From: an uncultured Phycisphaera sp.
GTDB lineage: Bacteria > Planctomycetota > Phycisphaerae > UBA1845
NCBI GenBank assembly: GCA_964421865.1
Contig: CAYQZH010000003.1
Location: 1-50,523 of the forward strand
Direction of reading: 5' to 3'
DNA length: 50,523 nt
Shown one piece after another: positions 1 to 8,595 of the stretch (position 1 is the first letter of the stretch; every line of letters starts with the position of its first letter). A model generated the notes under the pieces. The model saw only the letters and a list, made by a program, of their open reading frames with translations, did not search any database and was not told the DNA's origin. The position numbers and the translations under genes are program-made.

Positions 1-6
1 CCTCTA

Positions 7-909
7 GTGCGCATAGGAGTCACGGGAGCAACCGGCTTCCTGGGTCGGTACATTGTCCGTTATCTGTCGTCGATGGGGCACGAATGTCGCTGTTGGTTCC
101 GACCGCGATCGGACCGCGGCGGGTTCGAGGACTTGCCCCGCCCCGTCGAATGGGTCGAAGGGGATCTTGTCGATCCGGTTTCGATGGTCGAGCTCACGCG
201 CGGGGCTGATGCGGTCGTCCATGCGGCACTCTACCATCCGGGGATGGGCTTCATGGGCGGCGAGGGCGACCTTCCTACCTTTGTCGAGCGGAACGTCCTC
301 GGCACAATCCGCTTGATCGAGGCCGCACGCACCGCAGGAGTACGGCGATTCGTCTTCATCTCAACATGCGCGGTGCACGACAAGATTCTCGACGATCGCA
401 AGCTCGACGAGGCCCATCCGCTTTGGCCTACGTCGCACTATGGAGCGTACAAGGCCGCCATCGAGAAGTTCATCCACAGCTACGGCCTCGGACATGGCTA
501 CGATATCTGCTCACTGCGCCCGACGGGCATCTACGGAGTTGCTCGGCCGATCACGAAGAGCAAGTGGTACAACCTCGTCCACGCCGTCGCCCGCGGCGAA
601 TTGGTGTCCAGCGATCGCGGCGGCAAGGAGGTCCACGCCGTGGACGTCGCCAGGGCCGTCGGCATCCTTCTGACCGCCGACGGCGTGGCCGGACAGGCCT
701 ACAACTGCTATGACCTCTACGTGGCCGATCAAGAGGTGGCCGCCGTCGCCCAGCAGATCACCGGCAGAACGAGCGAAATCAAGATACTCAACCAAGGCTC
801 GAAGCATCAGATCGACACGGCCAAGCTCCGCGCGTTGGGCATGACCTTCGGCGGCCGGGCGCTGCTCGAACAGACCGTTCGGGAATTGCTGAACAACCGA
901 AAGGCCTGA
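7..909 (+). CDS. NAD-dependent epimerase/dehydratase (extended SDR) family protein
   Basis: 300-aa ORF with GTG start near the window edge. Rossmann motif GATGFLG at the N-terminus (MRIGVTGATGFLGRYIV) and YxxxK segment (HYGAYKAA). Confidence 0.8.
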   Translation: MRIGVTGATGFLGRYIVRYLSSMGHECRCWFRPRSDRGGFEDLPRPVEWVEGDLVDPVSMVELTRGADAVVHAALYHPGMGFMGGEGDLPTFVERNVLGTIRLIEAARTAGVRRFVFISTCAVHDKILDDRKLDEAHPLWPTSHYGAYKAAIEKFIHSYGLGHGYDICSLRPTGIYGVARPITKSKWYNLVHAVARGELVSSDRGGKEVHAVDVARAVGILLTADGVAGQAYNCYDLYVADQEVAAVAQQITGRTSEIKILNQGSKHQIDTAKLRALGMTFGGRALLEQTVRELLNNRKA

Positions 910-1055
910 CGCCGCCGCGTTTCCCGCGTCGCCCCCCTCCCCGCCCGGGCTCCTTGCGGTCGCACCGTTCGCGATGTAGACTTCCGCGATCACGCGCCGC
1001 GCTCCATGGCGTTCGGGGGCGGGCGCAGGTCCATAACCACGAGGAGGCTACCGCA

Positions 1056-1811
1056 ATGGCGGAGGTGAATCGCCGCGAAGTGTTGGGAACTCTGTCCGCC
1101 GTAGGCGGATTGGCCGCCGCGGGCGGTTGGATCGGGTTGACGGCCGACGAGACGGTCGCGCAAGAGGGCGGTGGGACTGCGGCAGCAGCGTCGCGGGAGT
1201 ACAAGCTTCCGCCGCTGCCCTATGCTCCCGATGCCCTCGAACCGCACATCGACGCTCAGACCATGACACTGCACCACGACAAGCATCACGCGGCCTATGT
1301 CAAGGGGCTCAACGACGCCATCGCCAAGCTCGAGGCCTCGCGCCAGGGCGGCGCGACGAGCGCGGGGCTTGACGCGATCCGCGATCTGACCGACTCGCTG
1401 GCCTTTAACGGGTCCGGGCACGTCCTACACTGCGTCTTTTGGGAGGATATGAAAAAGGGCGGCGGCGGAGAGCCGAAGGGCACGATTGCCAAGCAGATCA
1501 CCGGGGACTTCGGCAGCTTCTCCAACTTCCAAGCCCACTTCGCCACGGCGGCGAAGAAGGTGCAAGGCAGCGGTTGGGGCATTCTCGCCTGGGAGCCGCT
1601 CAGCAAGCGCTTGATCGTCCTCGGTGCGGAGAAGCATCAAAACCTCACCATGTTCGGCTGCGTTCCGCTGCTTGTGGTGGACGTCTGGGAGCACGCCTAC
1701 TACCTGAAATACCAGAACAATCGCGCGGGGTACGTAGATGCTTTCTGGAACGTCGTGAACTGGGAGAACGTCGATTCGCGACTCGCCGCGGCGACGAAAC
1801 TGACGACCTAG
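1056..1811 (+). CDS. Fe/Mn superoxide dismutase with twin-arginine (Tat) signal peptide
   Basis: ATG at 1056 is preceded by GAGGAGG (1041-1047). Tat-type signal MAEVNRREVLGTLSAVGGLAAAG. SOD signatures HHDKHHAAYV and DVWEHAYYLKYQN. The upstream part of ORF 954..1811 is Arg-rich and non-protein-like. Confidence 0.85.
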   Translation: MAEVNRREVLGTLSAVGGLAAAGGWIGLTADETVAQEGGGTAAAASREYKLPPLPYAPDALEPHIDAQTMTLHHDKHHAAYVKGLNDAIAKLEASRQGGATSAGLDAIRDLTDSLAFNGSGHVLHCVFWEDMKKGGGGEPKGTIAKQITGDFGSFSNFQAHFATAAKKVQGSGWGILAWEPLSKRLIVLGAEKHQNLTMFGCVPLLVVDVWEHAYYLKYQNNRAGYVDAFWNVVNWENVDSRLAAATKLTT

Positions 1812-1817
1812 CTCGCG

Positions 1818-2954
1818 ATGTCCGCGAAGTCCGTTTTATCGGTCCACCGCCGCGTGCTTCACGACATGCTGTCGATCCCGACGGCCCCCTTCGCGGAGCA
1901 TAAGGTCATCGAGTATATCGAACGCTTCTGCGGCCGGCGGAAGCACCTGAAGCTCACCCGCGATCGGGCGGGGAATGTGCTCGTGCGGGTGCGCATCGGC
2001 AGACGGGTCGTTAGGCGGCCCGCCTGTATCACCGCCCATCTCGACCACCCGGGATTCGTCGCCGATCGAATGACGGGCGAGGTCCGCCTGCGCGCGTTCT
2101 GGCGCGGGGGCGTGCCGCGCCGGTATTTCAAACACGGCAAAGTGCGCTTCGACGTGGACGGCGAGTGGCTGCACGGCGTGATCCGCTCGGTGACGCCGCG
2201 GGAGAAGCGGCGGAATCGCGTGGACACCGTTGTCGGCGAGGTGCCGCGCGACGTGCCTCTGGGGTCCGTCGGGATGTGGGACTTCCCCGATCCGATCGTG
2301 CGGGGCACGCGGATTTACGCGCGGGGATGTGACGATCTCGCCGGTGCATCGGCCATGCTGTGCGCCATCGACGAACTGGTACGAAGCGGCAAAAGCTGCG
2401 ACGCCTACTTTCTGTTCACCCGGGCCGAGGAGGTCGGATTCGTCGGGGCGATCGCCGCGTGCCGCTTGAAGACGATCCCGGCCAAGTGTTTTGTGGTAGC
2501 GATGGAAACCAGTTCGGAGCGGCCTTTCGCCAAGATGGGCGACGGCCCGATCCTGCGCGTGGGCGACCGGGCAAGCACTTTCACGCACGCCGCGACGGCC
2601 TATTGCCACCGAATCGCCCGCGAATTGGCCCGCGCGGACAAACGCTTCAAATACCAGCGGAAGCTGATGGACGGCGGTACCTGCGAATCGTCGGCCTATT
2701 GCACCCTCGGCTACGAGGCCACCGGATTGTGCGTCGCCCTCGGCAACTATCACAACGTGGATGCGAAACGCAAGAAACTTGCCCCGGAGTACATCGACCT
2801 CGACGATTTCGACAACGTCGTGAAGTGGTTTGCCGAACTGGCCCGCGCCCCGCGCCCCTACACCGGCCGGGACGAGGCCCTACGCACACAAATCACCGGC
2901 CTGGAGCAACGGTATCGGACGCTGCTGCGGTCCTCGCGCGACGACGCGTGCTGA
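1818..2954 (+). CDS. M42/M28-like co-catalytic metallopeptidase (putative aminopeptidase)
   Basis: 378-aa ORF. Metal-ligand pattern HLDHPGF, GCDDLAG, RAEEVGFVGA, DGGTCES typical of M42/M28-type hydrolases. Confidence 0.6.
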   Translation: MSAKSVLSVHRRVLHDMLSIPTAPFAEHKVIEYIERFCGRRKHLKLTRDRAGNVLVRVRIGRRVVRRPACITAHLDHPGFVADRMTGEVRLRAFWRGGVPRRYFKHGKVRFDVDGEWLHGVIRSVTPREKRRNRVDTVVGEVPRDVPLGSVGMWDFPDPIVRGTRIYARGCDDLAGASAMLCAIDELVRSGKSCDAYFLFTRAEEVGFVGAIAACRLKTIPAKCFVVAMETSSERPFAKMGDGPILRVGDRASTFTHAATAYCHRIARELARADKRFKYQRKLMDGGTCESSAYCTLGYEATGLCVALGNYHNVDAKRKKLAPEYIDLDDFDNVVKWFAELARAPRPYTGRDEALRTQITGLEQRYRTLLRSSRDDAC

Positions 2955-2964
2955 GCGAGGGTGC

Positions 2965-4107
2965 TCACGCCGACCGGGCGGAGTCCACGATGCCATCCCC
3001 CGGCGCGACGCCGCGGAGCACGTTCTCGTACACCTTCACGTGCTGCTCGAGGCAGCGGCGCAGGCCGAATACCTCGTAGGCTTGGCCGCGGGCGACTTCG
3101 CGCGCCTTGGCAAGGGACGCACGGTCTTGGAGGAGCCTGAACAACGGTCCGACGACTCCCTTCCCCACGAACTGCTTGAAGAGCAGACCGTTCACTTTGT
3201 GGGCGATCAACTCGGCGACCGACGGAATCGCGGCGCCAATGACCGCCGCTCCTGCGGCCATCGCCCACGCGACGGCGGTCGATGAAACGTCGCCCCGCGC
3301 CGCCACTCCTTCGAGGCTCAGGACAAGGATCAACGCATCGGACACGGCGATCAACTCCTCGAATCGGTAGCGATCGCCTGGAGTAATGATGGTCGGACGC
3401 GAGGGAACCGTGGCCGCGAATCGCACGATGCGCTTCTGCTCTCTAGAGATTCCTGGAACGATGACCCGCAGATGACTGTCGAGATGGTTGACCAGTGCTG
3501 CGGCCCAGAAGGCCTCGAACGAACCGCCTGCGCGAGTCACCGGCTCGGGAACGATCACCAACGTATCGTCCTTGCCCACGCCGAGTTCCCCACGCAGCGG
3601 GCCGCGTCGGCAGCGGTTGATCCAGCCGAGGTCGATGCCCGGTCGAATCACGACGCACAGTTCGGGGGCGACGCCGCTCTCGATCAATCGTCGTCGCACG
3701 ATCCCGCAACTACAAATGATCGCGAATCCCTTCGGTCGCGCCAGCGTTCGCAAGAGCTTCGCTTCCCGCGTCGCAACAGCGGGATCGGACAGTTCGACGA
3801 CCAGCGGCCCGTCCGTCGCCGCTCGCGCCACCGCCGCCGCGTGCACTCCCCAGGCGTGCAGCAGATCGACCCGCCGCTCGTGGACCCACCTCGCCACCAG
3901 CGGCGACGCCAGGGCGTCGATCCGCGCCGGTCGTGCGAAGACTCGAACCGGGCGACCTAGCGGACGCAGAGTCCGGACCGCCGCCGGGTCGATGGCCGCA
4001 AGCGTAAGGGAATACCGATCCGCAGGAAGCCGTTCGAGCAAGACGCCGACGGCCGTACGCTGCTCCCATCCGGCGGACGCGTCGAACAAGTGACAGACGT
4101 GTGTCAT
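2965..4107 (-). CDS. glycosyltransferase, GT-B fold (GT1/GT4-like)
   Basis: ORF 2965..4134; likely start is the ATG at 4107 (MTHVCHLFDAS). C-terminal GT1-type nucleotide-sugar binding segment EGVAARGDVSSTAVAWAMAAGAAVIGAAIPSVAELIAHKVNGLLF. Confidence 0.6.
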   Translation of the reverse strand: MTHVCHLFDASAGWEQRTAVGVLLERLPADRYSLTLAAIDPAAVRTLRPLGRPVRVFARPARIDALASPLVARWVHERRVDLLHAWGVHAAAVARAATDGPLVVELSDPAVATREAKLLRTLARPKGFAIICSCGIVRRRLIESGVAPELCVVIRPGIDLGWINRCRRGPLRGELGVGKDDTLVIVPEPVTRAGGSFEAFWAAALVNHLDSHLRVIVPGISREQKRIVRFAATVPSRPTIITPGDRYRFEELIAVSDALILVLSLEGVAARGDVSSTAVAWAMAAGAAVIGAAIPSVAELIAHKVNGLLFKQFVGKGVVGPLFRLLQDRASLAKAREVARGQAYEVFGLRRCLEQHVKVYENVLRGVAPGDGIVDSARSA

Positions 4108-4130
4108 ACCCGCCGGCCCGTCAGGGCGTC

Positions 4131-4790
4131 TCATTTGAGACCGCCGGAGGCCTCTTCCTGCGCCTTCTCGTAGTCGTCGATCTCATGTTCGTGGAAGAGC
4201 CGGGCGATGTTCACCGCGAGTTTTGCGGTCAATTCCCTGGAAATGGCGTCCTTGGTCCTTGCCTTGAGTACCGCGCCGCCGGTCATGCTCGCGCTGAGAT
4301 AGTGCCCCTCCGGACCGTCCGGCCAGAGGCGGACTCGGTTGCGCTCCGTCTTCTCCGACGGGTTCAGTACCTTGACCGTGACGGTCCAATACGCCGCGTT
4401 GGTCGCGTCCGTGATGTCCTCGTCGGCGAGGAAATCCTGGACTTCGATCCAAACGACCTGTTCCGCGCCGGCCCGTTCGCCGATCTCTCGGCAACTATGC
4501 TTGACGAAATCGGGCGTGGTCTGCCGCAAGGCTTCCTCGGTTTCCAGGGGGATGATCTTCTTCGCGGATTCCGTGCGGATCAGCTCCTGACTCACGTCTT
4601 CCCAGAGGTAGCGCCTCGCCGGCGGCCAATCGACTCGCTCGTTCACGTCATCGACGAACACCATGACCGGCCCCGACGCCAATCGGAACTTCGCCTCGAC
4701 TTTGTGCTTGCCGCACGCGCCGCAGGCGGCGCAGACCGCCAGACTCAGCAGGCCGGTCGACAGGCCGAGGCAACGCCTTCGACCGTTCAT
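4131..4790 (-). CDS. hypothetical lipoprotein (paralog of 4807..5448)
   Basis: Start chosen at MNGRRRCLGLSTGLLSLAVCAAC (signal plus lipobox-like LAVC). Collinear weak similarity to the upstream gene, and both end ...LFHEHEI / ...KFYEHTIE. Confidence 0.55.
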   Translation of the reverse strand: MNGRRRCLGLSTGLLSLAVCAACGACGKHKVEAKFRLASGPVMVFVDDVNERVDWPPARRYLWEDVSQELIRTESAKKIIPLETEEALRQTTPDFVKHSCREIGERAGAEQVVWIEVQDFLADEDITDATNAAYWTVTVKVLNPSEKTERNRVRLWPDGPEGHYLSASMTGGAVLKARTKDAISRELTAKLAVNIARLFHEHEIDDYEKAQEEASGGLK

Positions 4791-4806
4791 GGTACGCGAC
4801 GCGGCG

Positions 4807-5448
4807 CTACAACTCGATGGTGTGCTCATAGAACTTTCGGGCCACTTGCTCGGCGAACTTGCGGTAGGTGGCCTCGCGGACCAGCGGGGAATTGGTCGCC
4901 GTCATCGGTACGGGTGCGTCCTCGGGGTGGACGCACTGGACCGGGGTCAACTCGTAGCGCCGCTGCGACTCACGCTCGGCGTGGATGTCCTGCACGGACA
5001 CGGAAGCCTGAATCCTACCGCGAAGAAATTGCGGCGTTTGTGCGTCCCGGATTTGGAACTCGAGCAGCTCGAGGTACACGACGTAGTCGGCGTTGAACTG
5101 CCGACCGACCGCATAGGGGTCGATCTGGGCGTCGATGTTCTTCTGCAGGAAGTCCTCCACGTCCCGCGGATCGACGACTTGCGTGCCGAGGTTCCGTTGC
5201 CCCATCTCCGCGTGGAGCTTGTCCCCGATGTACGTCGCCAGCTCGAAGCGGACGTGGGGGTAGTCGAAGAGCGTCGCGGGCTGCGTCCAGACCAACACGG
5301 CCACCCGCTTCCCCGCCAGCTTGTCGAACTCCGGCGAGACTTTCTTCGTGTGCTCGCCGATGAGCACCAACGGCTTCAGCAAATTGCACGACGCCAGCAA
5401 CGGCACGAACATAAGCACGCATACGCGAATGGGTTTCAACGACGTCAT
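4807..5448 (-). CDS. hypothetical lipoprotein (paralog of 4131..4790)
   Basis: Start chosen at MTSLKPIRVCVLMFVPLLASC (lipobox LLASC). Same architecture as the downstream gene. Confidence 0.55.
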   Translation of the reverse strand: MTSLKPIRVCVLMFVPLLASCNLLKPLVLIGEHTKKVSPEFDKLAGKRVAVLVWTQPATLFDYPHVRFELATYIGDKLHAEMGQRNLGTQVVDPRDVEDFLQKNIDAQIDPYAVGRQFNADYVVYLELLEFQIRDAQTPQFLRGRIQASVSVQDIHAERESQRRYELTPVQCVHPEDAPVPMTATNSPLVREATYRKFAEQVARKFYEHTIEL

Positions 5449-5508
5449 CGTTGTCTTTCTGCGCCCTTTGTGATTCGGTCGCACCGCTCCGCCAGAGGCG
5501 GACTCGGC

Positions 5509-6051
5509 TTAGCGCCAAAGCGCCGTCGCGAGTTTGTAGACCCACGCGCCCAGGACTACGGCGACGACGCCGAACCCGACCGCGGTCGGGGGCAGTCGGG
5601 TCCAGTTTACCCGATGGCTCCTCCCCGTGGCCAGCGTCTCACCCGCCGCAAACGCCCCCAACCCCGTGGCCAGGGCCAACGCCAGTCCCGCGGGCTGAGC
5701 ATGGAACGCCGCAGCGAATCGCCCGCGCGCGGCGTGGGCGAAGGCCGTGGTCATCCCGCAAGTCGGACACGGCAATCCCCAAATCATGGCCATGCCGCAC
5801 GGCGGCAGCCCAAGTTGCTCATGGGTGCCGATCCCGCCCGCCGCCGGTTCGAGCCGCGCCGCGACCGCGAACAGCGAGACGCAACCGGCCAATACCAGCC
5901 CAGCGGTCGCCCGCGCGAAGACGGGTCGCTCACGATCAACCTGAAACACGATTGGACCGAGCGGGTGTGCCGTCGGTATCGCCGCGGGGTTGAGCGTACA
6001 ACCTCGGACCGTTGCGGGAATCATCGAACGCACGACGTCACGGTAGCCCAC
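5509..6051 (-). CDS. DUF2752-like membrane protein
   Basis: 180-aa ORF with motif GLPCPTCGMTTAF followed by several hydrophobic segments, as in DUF2752 proteins. The exact start is uncertain. Confidence 0.55.
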   Translation of the reverse strand: MGYRDVVRSMIPATVRGCTLNPAAIPTAHPLGPIVFQVDRERPVFARATAGLVLAGCVSLFAVAARLEPAAGGIGTHEQLGLPPCGMAMIWGLPCPTCGMTTAFAHAARGRFAAAFHAQPAGLALALATGLGAFAAGETLATGRSHRVNWTRLPPTAVGFGVVAVVLGAWVYKLATALWR

Positions 6052-6089
6052 TCACGCCCGACGGTCAAGGCGATGAACTAGGCGACGGA

Positions 6090-7238
6090 TTACCGGTGAG
6101 AACGTTTGCTCGGCGGTGTGATGCCCTCGGAATCCTTTGCGAAGCGCCTTGCGGTCTCCAGCGAAATCCGCCCCGCGTCGACGAGCCGTTGGAGGTCTTC
6201 GTCGAGCGTCACCATCCCATCGCGTTTCCCCGTCTGGATGGACGACTCGATCGAGTCGATTTTTCCGAACTTGATCGCGATCCGCACCGGCTGGTTGACG
6301 TGCAGCACTTCGAGGGCCAGGGCGCGTTTCTCACCGGCTCGGGCCGAGGGCAACAGGTGTTGGCTCACGACGGACCGGAGACTGAGCGCCAGTTGCGTCC
6401 GCACGTCCTCCTGGGCGTCGTAGGGGAACAGATCGACGAAGCGCGTCACGGCCCCCTTGGCGTCCTTGGTGTGCAGCGTGGTGAGGATCAGGTGGCCGGT
6501 CTCCGCGGCGCTGAGCGCCATCTGAGCTGTGTCGCGGTCGCGGATTTCGCCGAGAAGGATTACGTCGGGGTCCTGTCGCAAACCGTACTTGAGGCCGTCG
6601 AAGAACGAATCCACGTCCCGCCCGACCTCTCGTTGGGTGATGATGCTGGAACTGATGCGCGGGTGAATGTACTCGATCGGTTCCTCAACGGTGATTACGC
6701 GACAATCGCCTCGTCGATTGAGCAGATGGATGAGCGCGGCCAGCGTCGTTGATTTGCCCGACCCGGTCACTCCCGTGATGATGACGAGTCCGTTGGTATG
6801 CCCGATCAAGCGCTGGGCGAGCGCCTCCGGGAAGCCCATCCAATCAAACGACGGAATCTCCTCGGGGACGTGCCGGAAACACGCACACCACTCGCCCTGA
6901 GCCAGGAAGAGGTTGGCACGAAATCGGCACGGACGACCCTGGTGCGTCAGGGCGACCGAGCAATCGAAGTTCTTGCCCTGATCCAACCGCGCGGACAGTT
7001 CGTCAGGGAGAATCGACTCGATCCAACCTCGCACCTTCTCTCCGTCCAGCGCCGCGCCTTCGATCGCAACCAAACGGCCATGAACCCGATAGGTGACGGG
7101 GTATCCCGGAACGAGGTGTACGTCCGACGCCTGGCGCTCGACGGCCGCGTCCAGCAGCGTCTGCATCTCCGACCGCGCACCGTTGTCCGAGTCCATCGCG
7201 AGTCTGTTCACGGGGTCATTATACCGCCGACCCGTCAC
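6090..7238 (-). CDS. pilT: type IV pilus retraction ATPase PilT family
   Basis: Walker A GVTGSGKSTT, Asp box/Walker B DVILLGEIRD, His box TGHLILTTLHT, N-terminal ...ASDVHL. The start may be an internal Met (7196). Confidence 0.85.
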   Translation of the reverse strand: MTGRRYNDPVNRLAMDSDNGARSEMQTLLDAAVERQASDVHLVPGYPVTYRVHGRLVAIEGAALDGEKVRGWIESILPDELSARLDQGKNFDCSVALTHQGRPCRFRANLFLAQGEWCACFRHVPEEIPSFDWMGFPEALAQRLIGHTNGLVIITGVTGSGKSTTLAALIHLLNRRGDCRVITVEEPIEYIHPRISSSIITQREVGRDVDSFFDGLKYGLRQDPDVILLGEIRDRDTAQMALSAAETGHLILTTLHTKDAKGAVTRFVDLFPYDAQEDVRTQLALSLRSVVSQHLLPSARAGEKRALALEVLHVNQPVRIAIKFGKIDSIESSIQTGKRDGMVTLDEDLQRLVDAGRISLETARRFAKDSEGITPPSKRSHR

Positions 7239-7291
7239 GGCGTTGCGTTCCGGTCCGTATCCTTCAGCAGTCGGACGCGGGCGGAGGGTTT

Positions 7292-8050
7292 TTACGGGTC
7301 AAACCGAAGATGATGCGCGTGGGCGGGGGGGAAGTTCTGGAAGACGACCGTCGTGGCGAACCGATGTCGGCGAAGGGTGCTGGTGAGGTAGGCGGACACG
7401 GCCCGGACGCGTGCACGCCGCTTGCCGAGTGCGAACGTCCGAGATGTGGCCCGCAACCCGATATACTCGAAATAGCTGAACACTCCTCCGGGTTTCAGGG
7501 ATCGGCGAACGAAGTCGAACACGGCCTCTACGTCGTGCAGCTCAAACATGGTCAGCGGCAGACCCGATATCACGAAGTCGTATTGTTTATCGTTAGGAAG
7601 CATCTGGACAGGCAGGCGGAACAGTCGGACCCGGCCCTGCGCCACGAGCGGCGCAAAATGGAAATCGGTGAGCACGTCACGTTCGAGAATGTCGGCGAAA
7701 TCGCCCTGAATCTCGCAGATATCCAGTTCATCGTCCTCCTCCAGGATGGTTCCCAGGTAGCGTGTCATCGGCCCCGTCCCAGCCCCGACCTCGAGGACCG
7801 AGGCGGGCCTGGGCGCTCGGCGCAACGGCTCACACACCGCCTGCGCAAGGGCCCGTGAACTCGGCGCAATCGCGCCCACGGTGTTCGGATAGCGAAGGTA
7901 CCGGCCGAGGAACCTTAAACGGTGCCCCAACTCGACCCACAACCTGCTGCGCGACGATCCATTACCTGAGGAGTTCAACCGTTCACACGCCCGGATGGTA
8001 GCCTGCGCTCCGCTGCCGCGCCGGCAGCCTGATTCGCGCATCGCCATCAT
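7292..8050 (-). CDS. class I SAM-dependent methyltransferase
   Basis: Motif I VLEVGAGTGPMTRYL, preceded by PNTVGAIAPSSRALA as in phospholipid N-methyltransferase-like enzymes. The ORF extends to 8236, but its N-terminal ~60 aa look non-coding, so the start is placed at MMAMRESG (uncertain). Confidence 0.6.
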   Translation of the reverse strand: MMAMRESGCRRGSGAQATIRACERLNSSGNGSSRSRLWVELGHRLRFLGRYLRYPNTVGAIAPSSRALAQAVCEPLRRAPRPASVLEVGAGTGPMTRYLGTILEEDDELDICEIQGDFADILERDVLTDFHFAPLVAQGRVRLFRLPVQMLPNDKQYDFVISGLPLTMFELHDVEAVFDFVRRSLKPGGVFSYFEYIGLRATSRTFALGKRRARVRAVSAYLTSTLRRHRFATTVVFQNFPPAHAHHLRFDP

Positions 8051-8464
8051 CGTAACGGTCGTACGACGGCCTTTCCAGTGCATACCACAACAACGGACAA
8101 GAGCAAAATATAAACGTGGCTGTAATTTAGCGGCGCGGTCGCGAGAAATTACTCTTGAATTCCGCCCCTTCATGCTGATAAACTCTGCATAGCGGAGGAG
8201 TGCTGTCTGGGATGGTGGCGCGAAAACGGGCGACATCGACTGAGCAGGACGAACCCGCCGAGCGCTGGCTGCGCAGGAGTGCAGCTGACGCGCGATGAGC
8301 CTGCGGGTGACGACCCGCCGGATGGGTCAATCCGGACCGCTGGGGCCATGCGCTGCCGGGGTTCGGGGGTCCCGTGTTGAAAAGGAGGTGGTTCATTGGA
8401 ATCGAAGATAGGTAGGCTGCCGTAGTGCGGCAGACGTTGCTGCATACGGCAGCACGAAACCTTG

Positions 8465-8503
8465 GGCCCGCCGGGCAGTGAAAACCCGGCGGGCCGCTTT
8501 ATT
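8465..8503 (+). terminator. intrinsic-terminator-like hairpin
   Basis: 11-bp perfect GC stem GGCCCGCCGGG / CCCGGCGGGCC (8465-8475 / 8485-8495), 9-nt loop, then GCTTTATT. Lies ~100 nt upstream of the rimO start. Confidence 0.5.
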
Positions 8504-8595
8504 GATGGACGGTGAGCGCTGAGTGCGGTCGCAGGCAGCCGAGGCCTCCACTACAATGAACCGAGGGTCGAGGGGACTCCGTTCGGGGATCAACC

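Noticed and set aside
8190-8503. Possibility that the ~300-nt unit is tmRNA, RNase P RNA or SRP RNA
   Set aside because: I found no tRNA-like acceptor/T-arm (GGTTCGAnTCC...CCA) and no RNase P P4 signature (GGAAAGTCCGGGC). There is also no SRP domain IV motif (GGAAGCAGCC, with the GGAA tetraloop context). It is kept only as an unclassified candidate.
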